A stretch of DNA of 32,000 nucleotides. It comes from Schaalia odontolytica (GTDB lineage: Bacteria > Actinomycetota > Actinomycetes > Actinomycetales > Actinomycetaceae). This document shows positions 1-14,640 of the stretch, in pieces (the first letter of the stretch is position 1; the number at the start of each line of letters is the position of its first letter). The notes under the pieces were generated by a model. That model worked only from the letters and a program-made list of their open reading frames with translations, made no database searches and was not told the DNA's origin. Location: assembly GCF_005696695.1 (NCBI RefSeq), contig NZ_CP040006.1, forward strand, positions 1,110,001-1,142,000, written 5' to 3'. Both the position numbers and the translations under genes were made by a program.

Positions 1-98
1 ATCAGTCCTCGTCGCGCGGCTTTATCGACATCTACGGCCTGCAGTCGAAGCTCGCAGCGGCCCGTGACGTGCGTTTCGGCGTGAACATGGGTTACTGA
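1..98 (+). CDS. argG: 3' end of argininosuccinate synthase (partial, start outside the window)
   Basis: The open frame with codons starting at nt 3 reads QSSSRGFIDIYGLQSKLAAARDVRFGVNMGY* with TGA at 96-98. The GFI-I--L-SK pattern resembles ArgG C-termini as I recall them. The position just upstream of argH fits the actinobacterial arg cluster. Only 31 residues are visible. Confidence 0.5.
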   Translation, partial: QSSSRGFIDIYGLQSKLAAARDVRFGVNMGY

Positions 99-147
99 AC
101 GATAGGTTGAGGGCGTTCTCACAGAGAATGTCTCAGTTGGGTTTCAA

Positions 148-190
148 GAGGCGGGAGCGGCGAGAAGGCCGCTCCCGCCTCGCTTACTGT
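148..190 (+). terminator. Stem-loop terminator downstream of the argG fragment
   Basis: Perfect 14-bp GC-rich stem: gaggcgggagcggc (148-161) pairs with gccgctcccgcctc (168-181), with a 6-nt loop gagaag. It is followed by the T-containing tail gcttactgtttcg. Confidence 0.7.
185..190 (+). promoter_or_regulatory. Candidate -10 hexamer TACTGT (TANNNT), possibly driving a leaderless transcript of the 198..1553 gene
   Basis: TACTGT lies 7 nt upstream of the ATG at 198. There is no Shine-Dalgarno sequence between the terminator stem (ends at 181) and the ATG. The TANNNT-plus-6-7-nt arrangement matches leaderless mRNAs described in mycobacteria. Confidence 0.3.
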
Positions 191-197
191 TTCGTGT

Positions 198-3024
<2,827 letters not shown>

Positions 3025-3094
3025 CGCCAGTACTCGCAAGCCGATACACTATGACGGTACTTATCCGTCGAATCCGCAAGGAAGGACAACTGTC

Positions 3095-4357
3095 GTGACA
3101 GACATTCTGGACGAACTGCAGTGGCGTGGGCTGCTCGCTCAGCACACCGACCTCGAGGCGCTCCGCGAGCACCTGAACGCCGGACCTGTCACCTTCTATT
3201 GCGGCTATGATCCGACCGCGCCGTCTCTGCACCACGGACACCTGGTTCAGCTGATCGTGATGCGTCACCTTCAGCTCGCCGGTCACCGTCCGCTCGCTCT
3301 CGTTGGCGGCGCCACCGGGCAGATTGGCGACCCCCGTCAGAGTGGTGAGCGTCAGCTTCAGTCGACCGAGGTCGTGAAGGGATGGGCGGATCGCCTGCAT
3401 TCGCAGATCTCGAAGTTCCTCGACTTCGAGGGACCCGCTGCGGCCACGATGGTGAACAACCTGGACTGGACGCAGGAGATGAGCGCGATCGACCTGCTGC
3501 GCACTATCGGCAAGTACTTCCGCGTGGGCACCATGCTCAATAAGGACATCGTTGCCCGCCGTATTGCCTCCGACGAGGGCATCTCCTACACGGAGTTCTC
3601 TTACCAGGTGCTCCAGGCCAATGACTTCCTCGAGCTCTACCGCCGCAACGGCTGCACGCTTGAAACCGGCGGTAACGACCAGTGGGGCAACATGGTGGGT
3701 GGCGTCGACCTGATCCGTAAGGTCGAGGGCGTCGACACCCATGTGATGACCACGCCGATTATTACCAAGGCCGACGGAACCAAGTTCGGCAAGTCTGAGG
3801 GCGGTGCCATCTGGCTCGACCCCGAGATGATGACCCCCTACGCCTTCTACCAGTTCTGGCTCCAGGTCGCGGACGACGACGTCGTGCGCTTCCTGAAGAT
3901 CTTCACGTTCAAGTCTCGTGAAGAGATCGAGGCGTTGGCCGTCGAGGTCGCCGAGCGTCCGCACCAGCGCGCCGCGCAGAAGGCACTCGCTGCATCGGTT
4001 ACTGAGCTCGTGCACGGCGCCGATCAGCTCCAGCGTGTTCTTGCCGCGACGGACGCCCTGTGGGGCGGTGGCGACATCCGTGATCTTGATGAGGCTACCC
4101 TGGCCGCAGCAACCGCCGATCTGCCGCGCGCTTCCCTCACCGTCGGTGAGTCGACTGTGGTCGATGCGCTCGTTGCTCTCGGCTTTGAGAAGGGCAAGAC
4201 CGCGGCACGCCGTACGATCTCGTCCGGCGGCGCCTCTATCAACAACGTCAAGGTTGAGGATCCCGAGGCTGTACTGCGCGAAGAAGACGTTCTCGCCGGT
4301 GGACTGGCTCTCATTCGTAAGGGCCGTAAGAACCTCGCGGTGCTGGAGCTCAGCTGA
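3095..4357 (+). CDS. tyrS: Tyrosine--tRNA ligase
   Basis: It carries the HIGH-type motif (SLHHGHL), the KMSKS-type motif (KFGKS) and a C-terminal S4-like domain. I placed the start at GTG 3095 (VTDILDELQWRGLL) behind GAAGGA at 3081-3086. The tracked ORF start at 2912 lies inside argH and would add a non-homologous extension. Confidence 0.95.
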   Translation: MTDILDELQWRGLLAQHTDLEALREHLNAGPVTFYCGYDPTAPSLHHGHLVQLIVMRHLQLAGHRPLALVGGATGQIGDPRQSGERQLQSTEVVKGWADRLHSQISKFLDFEGPAAATMVNNLDWTQEMSAIDLLRTIGKYFRVGTMLNKDIVARRIASDEGISYTEFSYQVLQANDFLELYRRNGCTLETGGNDQWGNMVGGVDLIRKVEGVDTHVMTTPIITKADGTKFGKSEGGAIWLDPEMMTPYAFYQFWLQVADDDVVRFLKIFTFKSREEIEALAVEVAERPHQRAAQKALAASVTELVHGADQLQRVLAATDALWGGGDIRDLDEATLAAATADLPRASLTVGESTVVDALVALGFEKGKTAARRTISSGGASINNVKVEDPEAVLREEDVLAGGLALIRKGRKNLAVLELS

Positions 4358-4369
4358 CCTTTCTGGGAG

Positions 4370-4408
4370 AGAGGGTGTCCGATAACAATCGGGCACCCTC
4401 TTTTCGTT
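4370..4408 (+). terminator. Rho-independent terminator after tyrS
   Basis: A 14-bp stem pairs agagggtgtccgat (4370-4383) with atcgggcaccctct (4388-4401), including one U-G pair. The loop is aaca and the T-run is tttt at 4401-4404. Confidence 0.8.
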
Positions 4409-4457
4409 GTGTTTGGTGGGTTTGTGGGGTGTGTGGTGGGGGTCACGGTGTTTTGGT

Positions 4458-4486
4458 TTGACTTTGGGTGTGGGGGTGAGTAGATT
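4458..4486 (+). promoter_or_regulatory. rrn operon promoter (sigma-A type)
   Basis: The -35 is TTGACT (4458-4463), followed by exactly 17 nt of spacer and the -10 TAGATT (4481-4486). It sits about 230 nt upstream of the 16S 5' end. It is the best sigma-70-like match I found in the window. Confidence 0.6.
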
Positions 4487-4589
4487 ATTCACCTGTCGCC
4501 GCGAGCTTGTGAGTGGGTTTGTGGTGGTGGTTCACCGCTCTGGTGGCTGGGTTTTTGGCTTGGTTGTCTGGGGTGTGTGGGTGTTGTTT

Positions 4590-4626
4590 GTGAACTCGAT
4601 AGTGTGTTTGTTTGTTTTTTTATGCC
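4590..4626 (+). other. 5' arm of the 16S pre-rRNA processing stem
   Basis: gtgaactcgatagtgtgttt (4590-4609) pairs with gaacacactgtcgggttcac (6397-6416), with three U-G pairs. tttttatgcc (to 4626) pairs with ggcataaaaa (6375-6384). The helix brackets the mature 16S, as expected for an RNase III site. Confidence 0.6.
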
Positions 4627-4688
4627 TGTTTTTTGTTTTTGAGTGTTTTTGGTTGGGATTGCCGGCCGGGTTTTCTGGTTGGTTTTTC

Positions 4689-4700
4689 TGGGCTTTAACG
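4689..4700 (+). promoter_or_regulatory. boxA-like antitermination element in the rrn leader
   Basis: gggCTTTAACg contains the CTTTAAC core of E. coli rrn boxA (TGCTCTTTAACAA). It lies about 15 nt before the 16S. This is a weak, single-motif call. Confidence 0.3.
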
Positions 4701-4712
4701 TTTTTGTTTTTG

Positions 4713-6251
<1,539 letters not shown>

Positions 6252-6374
6252 GGGAGCCCATTTTTGGGGAACAGTTCGGCATGGCTTGTTGGGTTGTGCC
6301 TGGTTGTTTTCTTGTGCCTGCATGTGTTCGCCACTCATGGTGGGTGGTGGGTGTGGGTGCGTGTTTTTGGGTTG

Positions 6375-6416
6375 GGCATAAAAAGTTCTAGCAGATGAAC
6401 ACACTGTCGGGTTCAC
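6375..6416 (+). other. 3' arm of the 16S pre-rRNA processing stem
   Basis: It is complementary to 4590-4626 (see the 5' arm entry). Confidence 0.6.
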
Positions 6417-6518
6417 GTTCAACACCGTGTGAGCGTCCGCCATCCGTTGTGGTGGTGGTTGCCTGCGCAGCCAGCCAGCAGTTGTTGGTGTGGGTTGTGT
6501 GTGGTGGGTTGTTTGTGA

Positions 6519-6567
6519 TTTGTATAGTGGTTGCGAGCATATTTGTTCTGTACTGTTTTTTGTGTTT
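6519..6567 (+). other. 5' arm of the 23S pre-rRNA processing stem
   Basis: tttgtatagtggttgcg (6519-6535) is the perfect 17-nt complement of cgcaaccactatacaaa (9741-9757). Further blocks (ttgttc, tgttttttg, tgtttag) pair with 9684-9740. Confidence 0.65.
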
Positions 6568-9690
<3,123 letters not shown>

Positions 9691-9757
9691 ACAACCCAAC
9701 ACAACGGGTAAGAGCAAAAAACACGAACAAAACGTCGTGCCGCAACCACTATACAAA
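9691..9757 (+). other. 3' arm of the 23S pre-rRNA processing stem (C/A-rich 23S-5S spacer)
   Basis: It is complementary to 6519-6567 (see the 5' arm entry). Confidence 0.65.
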
Positions 9758-9815
9758 CCACGATCAACCCACACCCCCACACGAACCATAGTGGGGAGCG
9801 TGTTGAACACCAAAC

Positions 9816-9934
9816 TTGTGGTGGTCATAGCACCGGGGAAACGCCCAGCCTCCATTCCGAACCTGGAAGCTAAGCCCGGCAGCGCCAATGGTACTGCAAC
9901 CGCCAGGTTGTGGGAGAGTAGGACACCGCCACAA
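9816..9934 (+). rRNA. rrf: 5S ribosomal RNA
   Basis: The 119-nt RNA has a terminal helix pairing ttgtggtgg with ccgccacaa. Conserved blocks ccattccgaac, gaagctaagcc, ggtactgc and gggagagtaggac are present. Confidence 0.93.
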
Positions 9935-9944
9935 CACACCTCAA

Positions 9945-9987
9945 CGAGAGGGACGGAACGCAATTGCGTGCCGTCCCTCTCGTTTTT
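9945..9987 (+). terminator. rrn operon rho-independent terminator
   Basis: A 12-bp perfect stem pairs cgagagggacgg (9945-9956) with ccgtccctctcg (9971-9982). Three inner pairs extend it, and ttttt follows at 9983-9987. Confidence 0.88.
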
Positions 9988-10021
9988 GCGGCCCGATGCC
10001 GCCGACTAGCCGCCCGTCGTC

Positions 10022-10027
10022 TACTAT
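10022..10027 (+). promoter_or_regulatory. Candidate -10 hexamer TACTAT upstream of the 10102 gene chain
   Basis: It is the only TANNNT match in the 114-nt gap between the rrn terminator and ATG 10102. There is no convincing -35. Confidence 0.25.
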
Positions 10028-10101
10028 TGGGTGGTTGAACGCGCACGATGCGCACCATGAACAAGAGCGCGCCTTTGGCGCAGGAATAGAGGATAGACAC
10101 C

Positions 10102-12801
10102 ATGGCAGAAGAGACTCGAGGACGCGGCGAATTCGGCCGTGGTGGATACCAGAAGCGCCAGCCGCAGTGGCGCGACCGTGACGGCGAACGCTCCGACCGT
10201 GGCGAGCGCGGTGGTTTCCGTCGTGACGATCGCCGCGACGGCGATCGTGGTTTCCAGCGTCGTGATGATCGTCGCGGTGGTTTCCGTGACGACCGTCGTG
10301 ATGGTGAGCGTGGTGGTTTCCAGCGCCGCGACAATGATCGTCGTGATTTTGGTTCGCGTGATGATCGTCGTGGGGACCGTGGTGGTTTCCAGCGGCGCGA
10401 CGATCGCCGTGGGAGTTTCGAGGACCGTGGCGAGCGCGGTGGTTTCCGTCGTGACGATCGCCGCGATGGTGAGCGTGGTTTCCAGCGCCGGGATGACCGC
10501 CGCGGCAGTTTCCGTGATGATCGTCGTGACTTTGGTTCGCGTGATGATCGTCGTGGGGAGCGCGGTGGCTACCAGCGGCGCGACGATCGCCGCGGCAATT
10601 TTGACGACCGCGGCGAGCGCGGTGGTTTCCGTCGTGATGGTGAGCGTGGTGGCTTCCGTCGCGATGATCGTCGCGGTGGTTTCCGTGACGACCGTGGTGA
10701 TGGTGAGCGTGGTGGCTTCCACCGCCGCGATAACGATCGTCGTGATTTTGGTTCGCGTGATGATCGTCGTGGGGAGCGCGGTGGCTACCAGCGCCGCGAC
10801 GATCGCCGCGGCGGCTTCCAGGATCGCGGACGCGGGGGTGCGCCTCGTAACGACGGCGGTTACAAGAGCTACTCCTCGACGGATGAGTATGTCTCGCCCA
10901 ACGGTAACGAGCCGACGATTCCTGCGGGTGTCAGCGCCGATGAACTCGACCGCGATGCTCTGCGCGCTCTTACCACCCTTTCTGGCCCCAATCGCGATAT
11001 CGTTGCCCGTCACCTGGTGATGGCTGGGCAGCTGATCGATCTTGATCCCGAGGCCGCCTACCAGCATGCACAGGCCGCCGTTGCGCGCGCCGGCCGCGTT
11101 GACGTAGTGCGCGAGGCAGCTGCGCTCACCGCTTACGCCTCGGGTCGCTACGAGGAGGCGCTGCGCGAAGTGCGCGCTGTGCGCCGTATGCGTGGCGATT
11201 CCTCGTTGCGTGCCGTGGAAGCCGACGCTGAGCGTGGCCTTGGCCATCCGGAAAAGGCCGTCGAAATCATCGACGCCACCGATCCCTCGACCCTCGACCT
11301 TGCCGAGCAGGTCGAGCTCGTGCTCGTCTCCTCCGGCGCCCGCGCCGATCTTGGCCAGGCCGAGGTTGGCCTCGTGATCGTTGACGATGCGCTTGCAGCG
11401 CTGCCGGCTGAAGCTGAAGACGAACTTCGCCGTCGCCTGATGGAGGTCAAGGCGCAGCGACTGCTTGACCTTGGTCGCGAAGACGAAGCCGCAGAGGTCA
11501 TTGCGTCGATGCCCGCCGAGGTTGAGGACGCGGAAATCGTCGATATCGCGATGTACGCCGATGCCGACGTGGATGGCAAGCGTTCTCCGCTGCGTGGCTC
11601 TGGCGCGGCTCTGGCTGAAGAATACGACTGCGCACTGCTCGACCTTGACGGTACCGCGTGGTCCGGTGACGAGACGATCGAGCACGCGGCCGCGTCGGTG
11701 ATCGAGGCACGCGAGGCCGGCATGGCTTCCGCCTTCGTCACCAACAATGCGATGCGTACCCCCCAGCAGGTGACCGACAAGCTTAACTCCATGGACTTCC
11801 AGGCGACGCCTGACATGGTCATGACCTCCGCGATGGACATCGCAGCGATCATGGCTGAAGAGCTCGAGGAGGGCTCGAAGGTCTTCGTCATCGGCGGCGC
11901 TGGTCTGCGTCTCGCTCTCGAGGAGCGTGGCTTTGTCCTGGTGGAAAGTGCCGATGAGGAGCCTGTTGCCGTCGTTCAGGGCCTCGACAAGAAGGTCGAC
12001 TGGGCGCTGCTGTCCGAAGGCGCTTTCGCCATCGAGCGCGGGGCCGCCTTCTACGCCTCGAACCTTGATGCGACCCTGCCTATCGAGCGTGGCCAGGCAC
12101 TGGGCAACGGCTCGCTGGTCCGCGCTATTCAGCACGCGACGCGCAAGCGTCCGATCGCTGGCGGCAAGCCTGAGCCGGGTATCTACCGCCGTGCCGGCGA
12201 GCTCGTGGGCGCGCAGAACCCGCTCGCTGTCGGTGACCGTCTCGAGACCGACATCATGGGTGCTGTCGCCGCCGGTGTGCCTGCCCTGCATGTCCTGACG
12301 GGCGTTCACCAGGCGCGCGACGTCATCCGCGCCCCGCGCGGACAGCGCCCCACCTACCTCGCGATCGACATGCGTGGTCTGCTGGAGGCGCACCCGGCAC
12401 CCAAGCACCACCGCGATGGTACCTGGACCTGCGGTGTCTCCCAGGTTGCCAAGGCCACGCGCTCCGGTGTGCTCACGCTCGACGACGTCGAACTGACCGA
12501 GCCTGTCACGATTAGCATCGACTCCTACCGTGCACTCGCCGCCGCGGCCTGGGAATATGCGGATGGCGCCGGCACGCCGGTCAGCTGCCCCGAGATCACG
12601 GTCGTCGACAACGACGATCCCGCTGGCATCGTCTCCCAGCCCGGCCCTGTTGCCGCCGCGGACGAGGATGACTTCTACGATGTGGCTGCGGATGCCGACA
12701 AGCTGCCCGAACCGGGGGCTTCGACCCCCGCGTTCCTACCCGGTGAGGAGGAGCTCGAGGAGCTCCTGGAACGCACGGCAGATCTGGACGAGCAGGCCTG
12801 A
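10102..12801 (+). CDS. Fusion protein: RG(G)F/Y-RRDD repeat low-complexity N-terminus + TPR-like helical module + HAD-IIA (NagD/Rv1692-type) phosphatase + C-terminal acidic tail
   Basis: The 899-aa product starts at ATG 10102 with AGAGGA upstream. Residues ~6-250 are a tandem R/D/G/F repeat. Residues ~270-470 are Ala/Glu/Arg-rich helical repeats (AAYQHAQAAVARAGR, GRYEEALREVRAV). The HAD motifs are intact: LLDLDGT (I), FVTNNA (II), GGKPEP (III) and GDRLETD (IV). Its position between tyrS and tlyA matches Rv1691+Rv1692 of M. tuberculosis. Confidence 0.85.
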   Translation: MAEETRGRGEFGRGGYQKRQPQWRDRDGERSDRGERGGFRRDDRRDGDRGFQRRDDRRGGFRDDRRDGERGGFQRRDNDRRDFGSRDDRRGDRGGFQRRDDRRGSFEDRGERGGFRRDDRRDGERGFQRRDDRRGSFRDDRRDFGSRDDRRGERGGYQRRDDRRGNFDDRGERGGFRRDGERGGFRRDDRRGGFRDDRGDGERGGFHRRDNDRRDFGSRDDRRGERGGYQRRDDRRGGFQDRGRGGAPRNDGGYKSYSSTDEYVSPNGNEPTIPAGVSADELDRDALRALTTLSGPNRDIVARHLVMAGQLIDLDPEAAYQHAQAAVARAGRVDVVREAAALTAYASGRYEEALREVRAVRRMRGDSSLRAVEADAERGLGHPEKAVEIIDATDPSTLDLAEQVELVLVSSGARADLGQAEVGLVIVDDALAALPAEAEDELRRRLMEVKAQRLLDLGREDEAAEVIASMPAEVEDAEIVDIAMYADADVDGKRSPLRGSGAALAEEYDCALLDLDGTAWSGDETIEHAAASVIEAREAGMASAFVTNNAMRTPQQVTDKLNSMDFQATPDMVMTSAMDIAAIMAEELEEGSKVFVIGGAGLRLALEERGFVLVESADEEPVAVVQGLDKKVDWALLSEGAFAIERGAAFYASNLDATLPIERGQALGNGSLVRAIQHATRKRPIAGGKPEPGIYRRAGELVGAQNPLAVGDRLETDIMGAVAAGVPALHVLTGVHQARDVIRAPRGQRPTYLAIDMRGLLEAHPAPKHHRDGTWTCGVSQVAKATRSGVLTLDDVELTEPVTISIDSYRALAAAAWEYADGAGTPVSCPEITVVDNDDPAGIVSQPGPVAAADEDDFYDVAADADKLPEPGASTPAFLPGEEELEELLERTADLDEQA
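10198..10830 (+). repeat. In-frame nested tandem repeat (about 30-nt subunits inside 183/216/228-nt higher-order units)
   Basis: A 41-nt block gatcgtcgtgaYtttggttcgcgtgatgatcgtcgtgggga recurs at 10336, 10519 and 10735, with spacings of 183 and 216 nt. The block ggcgagcgcggtggtttccgtcgtga recurs at 10201, 10429 and 10612, with spacings of 228 and 183 nt. All spacings are multiples of 3. Confidence 0.92.
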
Positions 12802-12989
12802 TGGCATTACGCGAGCAGACTGAGGCCCGCCTGGTCGGTTTCGATCAGCTCGGCGCGTCCCTTCAAGTGGAGACGCTCCGGGCGATCGAGGCCGACCTGC
12901 GGCGGGCCCTGTCTGCCGATGCGCCGAGCGGCACGGTCCGCCCCGGCGTGCAACCAACGGGTTCAGGTAACGAGGGGAGTGGCGCATGA
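12801..12989 (+). CDS. Small conserved-position hypothetical protein (62 aa)
   Basis: The ATG shares 1 nt with the upstream TGA (TGATG at 12799-12803), and its own TGA overlaps the tlyA ATG (ATGA at 12986-12989). It occupies the slot of the small ORF Rv1693 in M. tuberculosis. I recognise no motif. Confidence 0.5.
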   Translation: MALREQTEARLVGFDQLGASLQVETLRAIEADLRRALSADAPSGTVRPGVQPTGSGNEGSGA

Positions 12990-13813
12990 AGTTACGCAGA
13001 ATCGACTCCGAGCTAGTGCGCCGCGGCCTCGCGAAGTCCCGTGCCGCTGCCGCACAGATGATCGAGGACGGGCGCGTCAAGCTCGATGGTCAGATCGTGC
13101 TCAAGCCCGCTCGCCAAATGGATCCCGCTCAGGCGATCGTCGTCGAGGAATCGGACGATCCGGAATACGTATCGCGTGGTGCTCACAAGCTTGCGGGTGC
13201 ACTTGACGCGCTCGGCGACAAGGCACCGCTGATCGAGGGGCGTCGGGCTCTGGACGCTGGTGCCTCGACGGGGGGTTTTACTGACGTGTTGTTGCGCCGC
13301 GGTGCAGCATCCGTCGTCGCCGTCGACGTCGGGTATGGCCAGCTTGCGTGGAAGCTGCAGAGCGACCCCCGCGTGGAGGTGCACGATCGGACGAACGTGC
13401 GCACCCTCGATCCGGCTTCCGTCGCTCCCGCCCCGGAACTTGTGGTCGGCGATATGTCGTTCATTTCGCTGACGCTGGTACTTCCTGCGCTCGTCGCAGC
13501 GGCCGCGCCCGACGCCGATTTCCTCCTGATGGTCAAACCCCAGTTTGAAATCGGTAAGGAACGCCTCGGCCATGGAGGCGTCGTTCGTAATCCCGAGCAC
13601 CATGTCGAAACCGTGGAAACGGTTGCGCGGTGTGCCATCGACCTTGGCTTGGATATCGCTGCGATCGCTGCGTCACCGCTGCCCGGTCCGTCCGGCAACG
13701 TCGAGTATTTCGTGCACATGCGGCGCGACTATCCGGATCCCATCGATCCCATGCAGCTCACTGACTACATACGGCGTGCGGTTGAAGCCGGTCCCGCTGG
13801 AGGTTCCCGATGA
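12986..13813 (+). CDS. tlyA: TlyA-family rRNA (cytidine-2'-O)-methyltransferase, long form with N-terminal S4 domain
   Basis: The S4-like N-terminus reads RIDSELVRRGLAKSRAAAAQMIEDGRVKLDG. It is followed by YVSRGAHKL and the SAM-binding motif LDAGASTGGFTDVLL. The length is 275 aa, and the gene sits in the conserved tlyA-nadK-recN order. Confidence 0.92.
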   Translation: MKLRRIDSELVRRGLAKSRAAAAQMIEDGRVKLDGQIVLKPARQMDPAQAIVVEESDDPEYVSRGAHKLAGALDALGDKAPLIEGRRALDAGASTGGFTDVLLRRGAASVVAVDVGYGQLAWKLQSDPRVEVHDRTNVRTLDPASVAPAPELVVGDMSFISLTLVLPALVAAAAPDADFLLMVKPQFEIGKERLGHGGVVRNPEHHVETVETVARCAIDLGLDIAAIAASPLPGPSGNVEYFVHMRRDYPDPIDPMQLTDYIRRAVEAGPAGGSR

Positions 13814-14640
13814 CTCGTGTCCTGATGGTTCGTCACCGTCACCGGCCCAATGCTGTGACGAGCGCCGTAAGCCTCGCAGAGGCACTCAAGGAACGCGGCA
13901 TCGACGTCGTCGACGATGCTTCGGTTGGCGACATCGATATGGTGCTCTCGATCGGTGGCGACGGCACTTTCTTGGTCGCTGCGTCGAGCGCGCGCGCTCT
14001 GGATGTCCCCCTTCTCGGTATCAACGCCGGCCACATGGGATTCCTGACGGAACTCGGTGATAAGGGCACGGGCGATCTCGCGCGCAAGATTGCCGATGGT
14101 GACTTTTCGGTCGAACGACGCATGACACTCGATGTCACGATGGAACGTCCTGACGGATCTCGGGCAGACGACTGGGCGCTCAACGAGGCTGTCGTCATGC
14201 ACACCGACGTCGCGCATCCCGTTCATTTTGCGCTCGTCGTCGACGGCCAGGAAGTGTCGACGTACGGCGCTGACGGCATGATTTTGTCGACTCCGACCGG
14301 ATCGACCGCCTACTCATTCTCCGCGGGAGGCCCGGTGGTGTGGCCCGATACCGAGGCGATCGTTGTCGCCCCGCTGGCCGCTCACGGCCTTTTCACCCGC
14401 CCGCTCGTTGTCGGCCCGTCGGCGTGCGTTGAGATCGTTGTTCTCGATGACATGTGGACGCCTCCGGAGATGTGGTGCGATGGCCTACGTCGTATGACAG
14501 TCCCTGCTGGCGCAGTGGTGCGGGCGCGCGTCGGTTCGTCTCCCGTTCAGCTTGTACGCGTGGACGATACGCCATTTTCTGCACGTCTCGTCCGCAAGTT
14601 TAATCTTCCCGTGCGCGGGTGGAGGGATGGTCCTCGGTGA
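13810..14640 (+). CDS. nadK: NAD(+) kinase
   Basis: GGDGTFL and NAGHMGFLTE motifs are present, plus STPTGSTAYSFSAGGP. There is a 4-nt ATGA overlap with tlyA. Confidence 0.93.
   Translation: MTRVLMVRHRHRPNAVTSAVSLAEALKERGIDVVDDASVGDIDMVLSIGGDGTFLVAASSARALDVPLLGINAGHMGFLTELGDKGTGDLARKIADGDFSVERRMTLDVTMERPDGSRADDWALNEAVVMHTDVAHPVHFALVVDGQEVSTYGADGMILSTPTGSTAYSFSAGGPVVWPDTEAIVVAPLAAHGLFTRPLVVGPSACVEIVVLDDMWTPPEMWCDGLRRMTVPAGAVVRARVGSSPVQLVRVDDTPFSARLVRKFNLPVRGWRDGPR

Noticed and set aside
3025-3094. A T-box leader upstream of tyrS
   Set aside because: The gap is only 70 nt. There is no specifier-loop and terminator/antiterminator architecture and no T-box consensus. The gap is far shorter than any T-box.
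10198-10830. A CRISPR-like or minisatellite non-coding array
   Set aside because: There are no unique spacers between constant repeats. All periodicities are multiples of 3, and the region is in frame with a long protein. It is a coding tandem repeat.
10024-12411. A 795-aa antisense ORF (T/A/V/I-rich repeats) and the 293-aa alternative + frame ORF at 10139..11020, both across the repeat gene
   Set aside because: Stop codons are rare in this A/T-poor repeat, so all frames stay open. Differences between repeat copies are synonymous or conservative only in the 10102 frame. That frame also continues into recognisable TPR-like and HAD domains.
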